Shown: positions 55,842 through 64,000 of the stretch, in pieces | How the letters are laid out: every line of letters starts with the position of its first letter | Position numbering within the stretch: the first letter of the stretch is position 1 | Assembly: GCA_965223905.1 (NCBI GenBank) | Contig: CBDCXV010000001.1 | Location: 1,312,001 to 1,376,000 of the forward strand | DNA from: Candidatus Latescibacterota bacterium | GTDB taxonomy: Bacteria > Latescibacterota > UBA2968 > UBA8231 | DNA length: 64,000 nucleotides | Direction: 5' to 3' | The notes under the pieces: model-generated | The model's database searches: none | What the model saw: the letters and a program-made list of their open reading frames with translations, nothing else | What the model was told of the DNA's origin: nothing | Made by a program: the position numbers and the translations under genes

Positions 55842-57548
55842 TCAGCGAGCCATTGATGCGAGCGCGTCTTCGTACGTTTCGATATTGGGCCTGTACCGGT
55901 GCCGGAGTTCGAGGAGAAACTGGTGGAATGCCCGGTCCTGTTTGGCGACCCTTACCATTGCCCGCGCTCGCTGCGCCACCTTCTCGAAGGGCTCGGGGGC
56001 AGCCCCGATGGTAGATTCCAAGACCTTGTAAACCGAGTAATACCGACCTCCGACCTGAGTGGGGTCTGGATCCAGAACCTCACCCGCGTCGACGGTCACC
56101 ATCACCGGACCCACCAGATCACCCACCTCAACCCCCCGGGTTGCATCAACCAGTTCCCTGAACCTGGTTTTTTCAAAGGGATGGATGTGGAACTTCCCCT
56201 TGTTTCCCTTTCCCAGGCGCCGGAGTGTGTGCTCTGCGGCGAGCGCGCCCAGGTCCGCACCTGTCTGGATCTGCTGCAGCAGGGATGCCGCCTCGCCCTC
56301 CGTCCGCACCAGGATCTCCTGCACTGAAACCAACTCCAGGGGGGAAAACTTCCGCGGGTTCTTCTCGTAGTACTCCCGCGCCTCCTGCTCGTCGACGTAG
56401 ACCTCCGACACCGCTTCCTGCCTGATGGCCACCAGGAGCAGCGATTGCCGTTGCCGCAAGCGCCACTCCACCACCTCCCTTTCCCTGTCGATCCCGGCCC
56501 GGTAAGCGGCCGTCAGGAACAGGATACGGGGCACCACGACCTTCTCGGTGAAGGACCCGACCGCCTGCGGCCCTCCGGCGAAGCCCATGTACAGCTCGGT
56601 GGCTAAGTACCAGAAGTCCCTGATGGTGAATTTATCGTCCCCGATGTCATACAGAACCGTCTCGCTCTCCGAGTCGGTAAAGGCGTCGGTGCCCTTGGCT
56701 GCTTTCTGCAGCAGCAGTTCCAGGCCTTCCTGATTGGGTCGGAAACCCAGCTCTTCTTTCAGCCTGCTCGCCAAGTCCCGGGCCAAGCCCGGGGTTTTTT
56801 TCTTGACCAGCTCCGCCTCCAGGATGCTGCGCACTTCCCATAGCTGGACCTCTTTCTCGTCCAGGATCTGGTATACCCCGAACTGGTCGCCGTAATCGAC
56901 GATGTCGGATACCTCCCCCTTGTGCAGGGGGAAAACCATCTCCTGCAGGATCGGCGGCTCGATCTGGTCTTTGATCAGATCGACCTGGGCCAGACGGTGC
57001 TCCGGCGGCAATACCGTGTACCCGGCCAACTCGTCAAAATCCGTCCCGCTTCTCAGCGCACGGGCGATCTCATCCGCCTCCTCCCTGGTGTCGACGACGA
57101 TCTGGCCGATAACGACGGCTCGATCCCTGCCAGTGGCTCGCTGGTGCTCCAACAGCTCCTCGTCGTCGATGGCTATCTTCTCGAGCACCTCTCGCTCCAC
57201 AAAGACCTTCAAGATGCTCTCATCGAGCTCACTCCTCAGTTTGCCGACCACTTCCGGAGTCTGGTCCAGACCGAGCCTCCCGGCCTCCTGCAGCAGGATC
57301 TCCTTGTCGATCAGCGTCTGCAGGTGATCCCTAAGTCCCTCGATACCCGTTTTCTTCGTCTTCAGCCCCTCGGCCACCCGGCTCTCGAAGTACCGCAGGT
57401 GCGAGGCAGTTATCTCGCGGTCGCCCACCCGCGCCAGTAAGACCTTTTCATTCTCCATGTCATCGCAGCCGATCAGACCCCAGGCGAGAAGCCATAAAAC
57501 CGCTCCCTCCGTCCACCTTCTCCTCAGCATCCGTTCACGTGTCTCCAC
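55842..57548 (-). CDS. PpiC/SurA-like peptidyl-prolyl isomerase lipoprotein
   Basis: LIGC lipobox, LARVGDREIT, LIDKEILLQEA and two rotamase-like units (QIVVDTREEA, EILVRTEGEA). Confidence 0.85.
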   Translation of the reverse strand: METRERMLRRRWTEGAVLWLLAWGLIGCDDMENEKVLLARVGDREITASHLRYFESRVAEGLKTKKTGIEGLRDHLQTLIDKEILLQEAGRLGLDQTPEVVGKLRSELDESILKVFVEREVLEKIAIDDEELLEHQRATGRDRAVVIGQIVVDTREEADEIARALRSGTDFDELAGYTVLPPEHRLAQVDLIKDQIEPPILQEMVFPLHKGEVSDIVDYGDQFGVYQILDEKEVQLWEVRSILEAELVKKKTPGLARDLASRLKEELGFRPNQEGLELLLQKAAKGTDAFTDSESETVLYDIGDDKFTIRDFWYLATELYMGFAGGPQAVGSFTEKVVVPRILFLTAAYRAGIDREREVVEWRLRQRQSLLLVAIRQEAVSEVYVDEQEAREYYEKNPRKFSPLELVSVQEILVRTEGEAASLLQQIQTGADLGALAAEHTLRRLGKGNKGKFHIHPFEKTRFRELVDATRGVEVGDLVGPVMVTVDAGEVLDPDPTQVGGRYYSVYKVLESTIGAAPEPFEKVAQRARAMVRVAKQDRAFHQFLLELRHRYRPNIETYEDALASMAR

Positions 57549-57569
57549 AAGCCCTCCTCATTTACGTAT

Positions 57570-59093
57570 CTACCGTCTCTCCAGACGAGCGATCCCGGCT
57601 CGCGCCGAGTCGAGGAAGCTGGCCTCCCCCCGCCAGTCCCTGACGAAACCCCGGTACGCGGCCAACGCCGCGGACCCCGCTCCCCCCATCTCGTGAGCCC
57701 TCGCCAGCCGATAGGTGGCCAGGACATAGGTCGAATCGAGTGCCACGGTCCGTTCGAAAGCCTCGATCGCCGCACTGAGCGCTTGCCGCTTAAGCAGGCA
57801 CATCCCCAGACCGTAATGCGCTTCCGCCATCCCGGGCGCGTGGCGAACGGCGGCAGTATACGCCCGTTCGGCATCGGTGTGCCTCCCTCTCATGATGTGC
57901 AGGTTGCCAAGGCCGTTGTGTGCCCTGGCAAAGGTCGAGTCGATGCCCAAGGCTTTCCCGAAAGCTTGCTCCGCCGATGTGGGTCTCCCGAGTTGAGCTT
58001 CGGCATACCCGATGGTGAAATATGCGTCCCGTGCCTCTCGGCTGTCCGGGGCCACGCCGATGATCCGCCAGGCCATTCGGGATGCTTGTTTCAGGTCTGC
58101 TTGTCGCAGGTGGAGACCGCGCATGCCGCTGATGGCCTTCACATGTTCGGGCTCGACTGCCACGACCTGCCGATACGCAGTCAAGGCGTCCTGATATCGG
58201 CCCATACCGGCATAGGCTGCGGCCATGGCCATGCGGGCCTCCATATCCCGGGGGTTTTCGCGCACGATCTTCTCGAGACCGGAAATCTGTTCCTGCTCGT
58301 GTTTCAGTTCCTCGAAACGTTCCAGTATCCTTCTGGCCTCGTCGACCATGCCCTGAGCGGAGTAGACATTCCCAAGGTCGTGATAGGCTTCCGAGTAGGT
58401 CGAGTCGATCTCCAGGGCTTTCCGAAGGGCGGTCTCCGCCTCGCCGTAACGCCTCCCGTGCATGTAGATCCGCCCCAGAACCTTCCAGACTTCTTTCCGT
58501 CCCGGATCCAGCTCCGCCGCCTCCAGCAGCACCTCCTCTGCCTTACCGAACCTCCCCTGCATTCGGTACACGGAGCCGAGGGATTTAATAGCCTCCACAT
58601 CCCCGGGGTCCAGCTCAAGGGCCTTCAGCAGGGCTTCCACCGCCTGCTCATAATCGCCTTGCTCTTCGTGGAGGAGCGCGAGGAGACGGTAGGAGGCGCC
58701 GGATCCGGGTTTGATTCGCAGTGCCCTTTTCGTGGCTTCGATGGCCTGCGGATAAGCCCCGCGTTGGAGGTGGGCGGAGGCCAGGTTGTGGTACGAAGCC
58801 AGGTAGGTGGAGTCGAGCCGCAGGGCTCTCTCATACGCCTCGATGGCTTCCGGGAAGCGTTTCAGTCGCAGGTAGGCGTACCCCAGATAGAACCGGCCTT
58901 CCAGAGAGAGAGAGTCCAACTTACCGGCCTCCTGGTAGGCGGCGAGTGCGTCCTCGTACCTCTCCTGATCCAGGTAGGCGGCCCCCAATTCGCGCAGCCT
59001 ACCGGCTTCTTTCCCCGTCCTGCGGTCGTCCCCGATCCCGCAACCGAGACAGAGGAGGATGGCCGGTAGCAGGTGCCTACTCAGAACTCTCAT
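57570..59093 (-). CDS. Tetratricopeptide-repeat lipoprotein
   Basis: CLGC lipobox and many TPR repeats. Confidence 0.9.
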   Translation of the reverse strand: MRVLSRHLLPAILLCLGCGIGDDRRTGKEAGRLRELGAAYLDQERYEDALAAYQEAGKLDSLSLEGRFYLGYAYLRLKRFPEAIEAYERALRLDSTYLASYHNLASAHLQRGAYPQAIEATKRALRIKPGSGASYRLLALLHEEQGDYEQAVEALLKALELDPGDVEAIKSLGSVYRMQGRFGKAEEVLLEAAELDPGRKEVWKVLGRIYMHGRRYGEAETALRKALEIDSTYSEAYHDLGNVYSAQGMVDEARRILERFEELKHEQEQISGLEKIVRENPRDMEARMAMAAAYAGMGRYQDALTAYRQVVAVEPEHVKAISGMRGLHLRQADLKQASRMAWRIIGVAPDSREARDAYFTIGYAEAQLGRPTSAEQAFGKALGIDSTFARAHNGLGNLHIMRGRHTDAERAYTAAVRHAPGMAEAHYGLGMCLLKRQALSAAIEAFERTVALDSTYVLATYRLARAHEMGGAGSAALAAYRGFVRDWRGEASFLDSARAGIARLERR

Positions 59094-59276
59094 ACTTCAT
59101 GCCTCCGGTGGCGCCACCGGCCTCTCTGCTCCTGCCTCCGGGGTCAAACTCTCCGTCAGTTGGAAGTCTCCTCAGGATCCGCGCCCCGAACGGGAGTTCC
59201 AATTCAATATATTCCAACGTCGCCGAGCTATCATCCCGCGCCGGTAACGGACGTGTCACGCCCTCCCGTCCGGAGC

Positions 59277-60527
59277 TCACGGTTGCATGCCGCCGGGCGC
59301 CGTCGCAACCGTCGGCCGGTACCCCACACTGGCGTATTCGGCGGCACGGGGGCGGTACGAACCATCGAATTCCGGATCCGGGGCGTCGAACACATTCGCC
59401 TCGACGGACACGGTACTGCGCAGATCGTCCACTTCACCGTTGATGAAGCATCCGATGACTCTGCTCCCGTCCAGGATGTCCAGCTCGTACCGAGGTCCAT
59501 GTGAGATTCCCCCGGAACGAACATTCATCCAGAAGATGGAATTGACATAACTGTTGCCGATCCCCTTGTCGTCAACGCCGTTCCAGTTGTCTGTGAAGGT
59601 GCAGTGACGCACCGAAACCCGTGATCCCGGAAAAACCGTGAGTACCCCGGATCCGTTTTCCTTGTTGTATTCGGACCCTTCCCAACGCCCGATGTAGTCG
59701 AGTCCGGTGTTGGCGATGTTGCCGACGAACAGGCAGTTCTCGATAACGGCGGAGCTCCGTGGCAGCAGATCCACGGCCGATCCGGTGACTTGGCAGCGGT
59801 TGCCGCGGAACACGCAGTTCCTGAGCACCACCGATTCCTCCCGGGAGCCCCTGTGTTCGATTGACACGCCACCGCCGCACGGGCTGGCGAAGTTGTCGTA
59901 CACCTCCACGTTCTCGATGGTGGGGTAGGACCTGCCGAAGATCTTGATGCCGCCGCCGTCACCGTAGAAGAAGATCCCCTTTACCCACCGCACCCCGTCG
60001 GTCGAGTCCGGTTGGATGGGGCCCGGCTCCTCCACCCTAGTCGCGAAGTTGTTGGCCCCGGTGATCCCAAACCCGGACAGAACCGTTCGCGGTGAAACCC
60101 CGTCGCCGAAATAGACCACGTGGTTGACGATAGCCGGAAAGCTCGGCGCGGACCTATCGGCGACGTCCGGGTTGGCCGCAGTCAGGACGACCGCGCCTAC
60201 AGCTTCCAGCCGAATGCCGTCGTGGCGGGCGTTGAACCAGATCATCGCCTGGCCGGGCCGGCCGGGCCGGTAGGTGCCGGCGTGGACCTTGACGACCTTG
60301 TGAGCGGGGTCCAAAGCCGCCGTTTCGAGGGCCGCCTGGATGTCCTGCCCGGGGTACACGTGGAAGCTCCCGTCCGGTCCGGGAACGAATCCGGACCGGA
60401 CGTTCTCTCCACACCCCCACCCGACCACGAGCACACCGGCGGCGGCGATGGAGACTGCTCTGGCGATGAGACCCATCCTACCCGGCCCGGTGCCGGACCT
60501 CCCTACCGGTCTCGGCGCTGCGGTCAT
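59277..60527 (-). CDS. Right-handed parallel beta-helix (pectin-lyase-like) probable lipoprotein
   Basis: IQAALE...VHAGTY, GGGI, NCVFRGN and NCLFVGN repeats; GWGC. Alternative start at 60476. Confidence 0.8.
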   Translation of the reverse strand: MTAAPRPVGRSGTGPGRMGLIARAVSIAAAGVLVVGWGCGENVRSGFVPGPDGSFHVYPGQDIQAALETAALDPAHKVVKVHAGTYRPGRPGQAMIWFNARHDGIRLEAVGAVVLTAANPDVADRSAPSFPAIVNHVVYFGDGVSPRTVLSGFGITGANNFATRVEEPGPIQPDSTDGVRWVKGIFFYGDGGGIKIFGRSYPTIENVEVYDNFASPCGGGVSIEHRGSREESVVLRNCVFRGNRCQVTGSAVDLLPRSSAVIENCLFVGNIANTGLDYIGRWEGSEYNKENGSGVLTVFPGSRVSVRHCTFTDNWNGVDDKGIGNSYVNSIFWMNVRSGGISHGPRYELDILDGSRVIGCFINGEVDDLRSTVSVEANVFDAPDPEFDGSYRPRAAEYASVGYRPTVATAPGGMQP

Positions 60528-60769
60528 TGCGGACCGATGCTGAGCGCCCGTGCATCTCGTCCCTGGCTGCGTCCCAGCTTCGCTGCATGAAGACGACCAC
60601 GCCCAGTAATGTGTGTCTTCGCGCCCTGGAATCGTTTCTCCAGTCTCTCCTTGGCCTCCACGCTGCCGGCAGCGGCAGCGATATTGGTAACATAGGATAG
60701 GATGCTGTCGCATGAATAGGATATTCGACTTTGCAGCGCTGGCTGACCTTCGCTCGTTCCGGCTCTCGT

Positions 60770-61085
60770 GCGGTCGGTGAAGCTGATGAAGTTTCTCCTC
60801 CGACCACTGAATACCCGCGCAATGTGGATCGCTCTCGCCCTTCAGAAAACCGACCACCTGTACCAAGGCATACTTCGGAGGAATCGAGATCAGCACCTGC
60901 ACGTGGTCCGGCAGCAGATGACCCTCCTCTATACGACATGCCTTCTGCCGAGCCAATTCGTGGAACACCTCCCCCAATTCGCGGCGTAATTGCCCATACA
61001 GAACCTTCCGCCGACACTTGGGAATCTACACCAGGTGAAATTTGCACTCCCACACCGAATGCCGGAACCTTGAAACGTCGTTCAT
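60770..61085 (-). pseudogene. tnpA: IS200/IS605 family transposase TnpA pseudogene
   Basis: HSVWECKFHLV*IPKCRRKVLYG...DHVQVLISIPPKYA. Internal TAG at 61026, degenerate HUH motif, frameshift and truncation. Confidence 0.9.
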
Positions 61086-61158
61086 CGGAGCCTTCCTTCT
61101 CGTTGAACTTTGAGCGGTTCACAGGAGGAAGGCTCTTTGCTATTCCCGCAACTGTCTT

Positions 61159-61200
61159 ACTCTGGGAGTCCCCCGGCAGAGCCGGGCGCTTACCCAGAGT
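61159..61200. mobile_element. IS200 end hairpin
   Basis: ACTCTGGG...CCCGGC-AGA-GCCGGG...CCCAGAGT upstream of tnpA. Confidence 0.7.
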
Positions 61201-61303
61201 GGCTACGTCCTGCCGTGGAATTGACCTGCCCTACCGAGGATTGGAGCTGTGACCCTTCTCCGCCACGATTGCTGAGCAAGGATTTGTTTTGTAAGGAGAT
61301 GTC

Positions 61304-62092
61304 ATGCCTAGCGAACACAACACCGTATTAGCTCCTGTCACCGACCACGGCGCCAGAATTGCCATGTGGATCGGTAGTTGGCAAGACAATATGCCGGTAA
61401 AGGGCCACGGTTCTATGATTGAGAACCCCATATTGCGCCCCGGCGATCCCGAAAATCCTCCCGCCCCTGGAGCGGTCTTGAAGTGGGCTAGCAGATTCCA
61501 TCGGGCGCAGCTGGAACCGGGTGCCTGGACCCCTCCTATCATCCACGAGGATGAGCAGGAGGTGCTCTATGTTGTCAGAGGGCAGGGGATGTTTCGATCT
61601 GGCACTCGGAGGGAAACCATCGACCCCGGTCTGGCCATCCTCATACCTGCCGGTGTTCCTCATGAGCTAGGGAACACATCCACCACCTCTCCTCTGGAGG
61701 TCCTCTGGCTTGCCGAGCAACTCGACGAGGGGGTCTCTCCGGCGCAAGAATTGATCATAAGGGATACCCGGAAGTTGCCAATCGTAGTCGGAGCGCATTG
61801 GGTACACGTTGGAAGGACCGTCTTTTCCCAGGACGACGGTTTGACAAAGATCCACTCCGTCAATATCGCGACCATTCCCGCCATGAGCATCGCGGAACCC
61901 CATTCTCATGGGATTGATCAGGAAGAAGTCTGGTATCAGATAAACGGCACCAGTTATATGTTTCTTGGCCGCACCCTTCGGCTACAACAGGAAGGTACGG
62001 CCTTTGTGATCCCACCGGACGGGTATACTCCACACAGCACCATCAACACCAGCAACAACCCGGTGGATTTTTTCTTTTTCGCGCACTGGTGA
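61304..62092 (+). CDS. Bicupin domain protein
   Basis: HEDEQEVLYV...IPAGVPH and HSHGIDQEEVWY...IPPDGYTPH. Confidence 0.85.
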   Translation: MPSEHNTVLAPVTDHGARIAMWIGSWQDNMPVKGHGSMIENPILRPGDPENPPAPGAVLKWASRFHRAQLEPGAWTPPIIHEDEQEVLYVVRGQGMFRSGTRRETIDPGLAILIPAGVPHELGNTSTTSPLEVLWLAEQLDEGVSPAQELIIRDTRKLPIVVGAHWVHVGRTVFSQDDGLTKIHSVNIATIPAMSIAEPHSHGIDQEEVWYQINGTSYMFLGRTLRLQQEGTAFVIPPDGYTPHSTINTSNNPVDFFFFAHW

Positions 62093-62108
62093 GGCGCTGC
62101 GCTGTACT

Positions 62109-63842
62109 GTGATCATCCGTTTCCACTGGTTGGCAATGTTGTTGGGAATGGGCGTTTCCCCCGGGTTGGGCAGGGCCGCGGCCCCACCCGTGTCTTCCAC
62201 GGCGATCCGGCTCGTCGACGTGGCGGAGGAGGCCGGCATCGACTTCCGGCACGAGAACGGGGCGAGTGGCCGCAAGTACCTCCCCGAGACCATGGCCGCG
62301 GGAGTCGGGTTCTTCGACTATGACGGGGACGGCGACCTGGATGCCTACCTCCTGAACGGTGCCCCGCTGCCCGGACACGAGGAAGCAGAGGCGCCGGTCA
62401 ACGCCCTCTACCGCAATACCGACGGCGGTTTCGTCGATGCGAGCGCGGCGGCCGGAGTCGATGACACGGGGTATGGGATGGGCTGCGCTGCGGCGGACTA
62501 CGACAACGACGGTGATCTCGACCTCTACCTGACCAATTTCGGAGCCAACGTCCTGTACCGAAATGAGGGGAACGGCCGGTTTTCAGAAGTCACGAAACGG
62601 GCGGCTGTCGAGGATACAAGTTGGAGCACGGGTGTGGTCTTCCTCGACTACGACAACGACGGCGACCTCGACCTCTACGTCGTCAACTACGTGCTCTTCG
62701 ACCTCGCCTCGAGCGACACGGATCTGAAACCCTACCTCATGTCCGAAACCGAGGTCGACAGGGACATCAAGGGCTATCCCCATCCTGGCAATTACCCCGG
62801 CGCGCCGGATGGCTTCTTCCGCAACGAAGGAGATGGGCGCTTCGCCGACGCGACGGCAGCGGCTGGACTCGTCGACACCGTGGCGACGGAGGGCAGGGGG
62901 CTCGGCATCGTCGCCACCGACTATAACAGCGACGGCTATGTGGACGTGTACGTCGCCAATGACGCAGTGCGCAATTTCCTCTACCACAACAACGGGGACG
63001 GAAGCTTCGCCGAGATTGGCGCGGTTTCCGGCGTGGCTTATGGACAGGACGGCCAGAAAGAAGCGGGGATGGGTGTCGATGCCGGCGATTTCAACGCCGA
63101 CGGGAGGATAGACCTGGTCGTCACCAACTTCGACCGCGAGCCTACCGGCCTTCACGAAAACGAGGGGATCGGTTATTTCCGAAACGCGTCGTATGCCACG
63201 GGCGTGGGGTCGGCCAGCCTCAGGTACCTGTCGTTCGGGACTGGTTTTCTCGACTACGACAACGACGGGTTTGAGGATCTGTTCGTCGCCAACGGACACG
63301 TCCTCGACAATATCGGGTTGTTCGATCAATCAACAACGTATGAACAGGACCATCTCCTGCTCCACAACCTCGGCCCGGACGAAGGAGGTTGTTTCCGATT
63401 CGAGGATGTATCCCGGGTCGTCGTTGCCAGGAAAAGCCCGAGTCGTGGCTGTGCCTTCGGCGATTACGACGATGACGGCGACACCGACATCCTGGTAACG
63501 AACTGCGGGGAGCGGGCCGACCTGCTCCGCAACGACGGTGGTAATGCCGCCAACTGGCTGACCCTGAAACTGGTGGGGGTTGGGAGCAACCGGGACGGCA
63601 TCGGAGCCAGGATCACCGTCCAGGCCGGCGACCTCTCGCGGGTAAGGGAGGTCAAGGGCAGTTACAGTTATCTGTCCCAGAGCGACCTGCGGGTGAGTTT
63701 CGGACTCGGGAGTCGAACCCGGGTCGATGCAATCCAAATCGCCTGGCCAGGCGGCGACATCGAGCACATTGGCGCCGTCAAGGCCAACCAGTTTCTCGCC
63801 ATCGTCGAGGGACGCGGCGTCGCCAAGACAGGAGAGAACTGA
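62109..63842 (+). CDS. CRTAC1 / ASPIC-UnbV family FG-GAP repeat protein
   Basis: DYDNDGDLDLY repeats; SNRDGIGARI...SYLSQSD...FGLG. Confidence 0.93.
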   Translation: MIIRFHWLAMLLGMGVSPGLGRAAAPPVSSTAIRLVDVAEEAGIDFRHENGASGRKYLPETMAAGVGFFDYDGDGDLDAYLLNGAPLPGHEEAEAPVNALYRNTDGGFVDASAAAGVDDTGYGMGCAAADYDNDGDLDLYLTNFGANVLYRNEGNGRFSEVTKRAAVEDTSWSTGVVFLDYDNDGDLDLYVVNYVLFDLASSDTDLKPYLMSETEVDRDIKGYPHPGNYPGAPDGFFRNEGDGRFADATAAAGLVDTVATEGRGLGIVATDYNSDGYVDVYVANDAVRNFLYHNNGDGSFAEIGAVSGVAYGQDGQKEAGMGVDAGDFNADGRIDLVVTNFDREPTGLHENEGIGYFRNASYATGVGSASLRYLSFGTGFLDYDNDGFEDLFVANGHVLDNIGLFDQSTTYEQDHLLLHNLGPDEGGCFRFEDVSRVVVARKSPSRGCAFGDYDDDGDTDILVTNCGERADLLRNDGGNAANWLTLKLVGVGSNRDGIGARITVQAGDLSRVREVKGSYSYLSQSDLRVSFGLGSRTRVDAIQIAWPGGDIEHIGAVKANQFLAIVEGRGVAKTGEN

Positions 63843-63925
63843 ATGAACCGAACCCGGAACTGCGTCGATAGGCAGCAATCGCGATCGCACCACGAGCGTC
63901 GGGCAACGGCCGAGAGGAGTCCCGC

Positions 63926-64000
63926 ATGACCGCTGAGACTGAAGAAAACGCAGACCGTCCGGCGCGGCCGTACGCCAAGGTCACCTCGATACGGCCGGTG
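63926..64000 (+). CDS. 5' end of a gene running off the window
   Basis: GAGGAG RBS, ATG and an open frame to the edge (MTAETEENADRPARPYAKVTSIRPV). Confidence 0.55.
   Translation, partial: MTAETEENADRPARPYAKVTSIRPV

Noticed and set aside
59277-60977. TnpA-beta-helix fusion suggested by the ORF track
   Set aside because: This is chance read-through from a frameshifted tnpA pseudogene; the beta-helix gene has its own signal peptide.

Overview
GC-rich bacterial window. Gene content suggests a Latescibacterota/Gemmatimonadota-like organism, possibly host- or sponge-associated; this is inference from the PhyH dioxygenases, Gfo/Idh/MocA oxidoreductases, an LRR-FlgD protein, an Rpn-like gene and SWGxIK tails. 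Housekeeping anchors are murA and tRNA-Phe(GAA). Two candidate undescribed systems stand out. (1) At 12.8-17.7 kb, a BrnT toxin gene is translationally coupled to a 1511-aa protein that starts with a BrnT-antitoxin-type peptide, followed by a sacsin-like ATPase and an SF2 helicase; a HicAB relic lies next to it. (2) At 34.3-50.4 kb, a minus-strand cell-surface locus encodes two paralogous ~950-aa predicted outer-membrane proteins, three paralogous PNGDGxND/FlgD-tailed exported proteins, a DUF6785-like membrane protein and an SWGRIK-tailed protein. The window also holds an intact IS256 with an 8-bp target duplication, an IS200 relic, an OSGIN-like flavoprotein, several pseudogenes, duplicated modules and many short tandem duplications. 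All family assignments come from motifs recognised by eye; no database searches were run.
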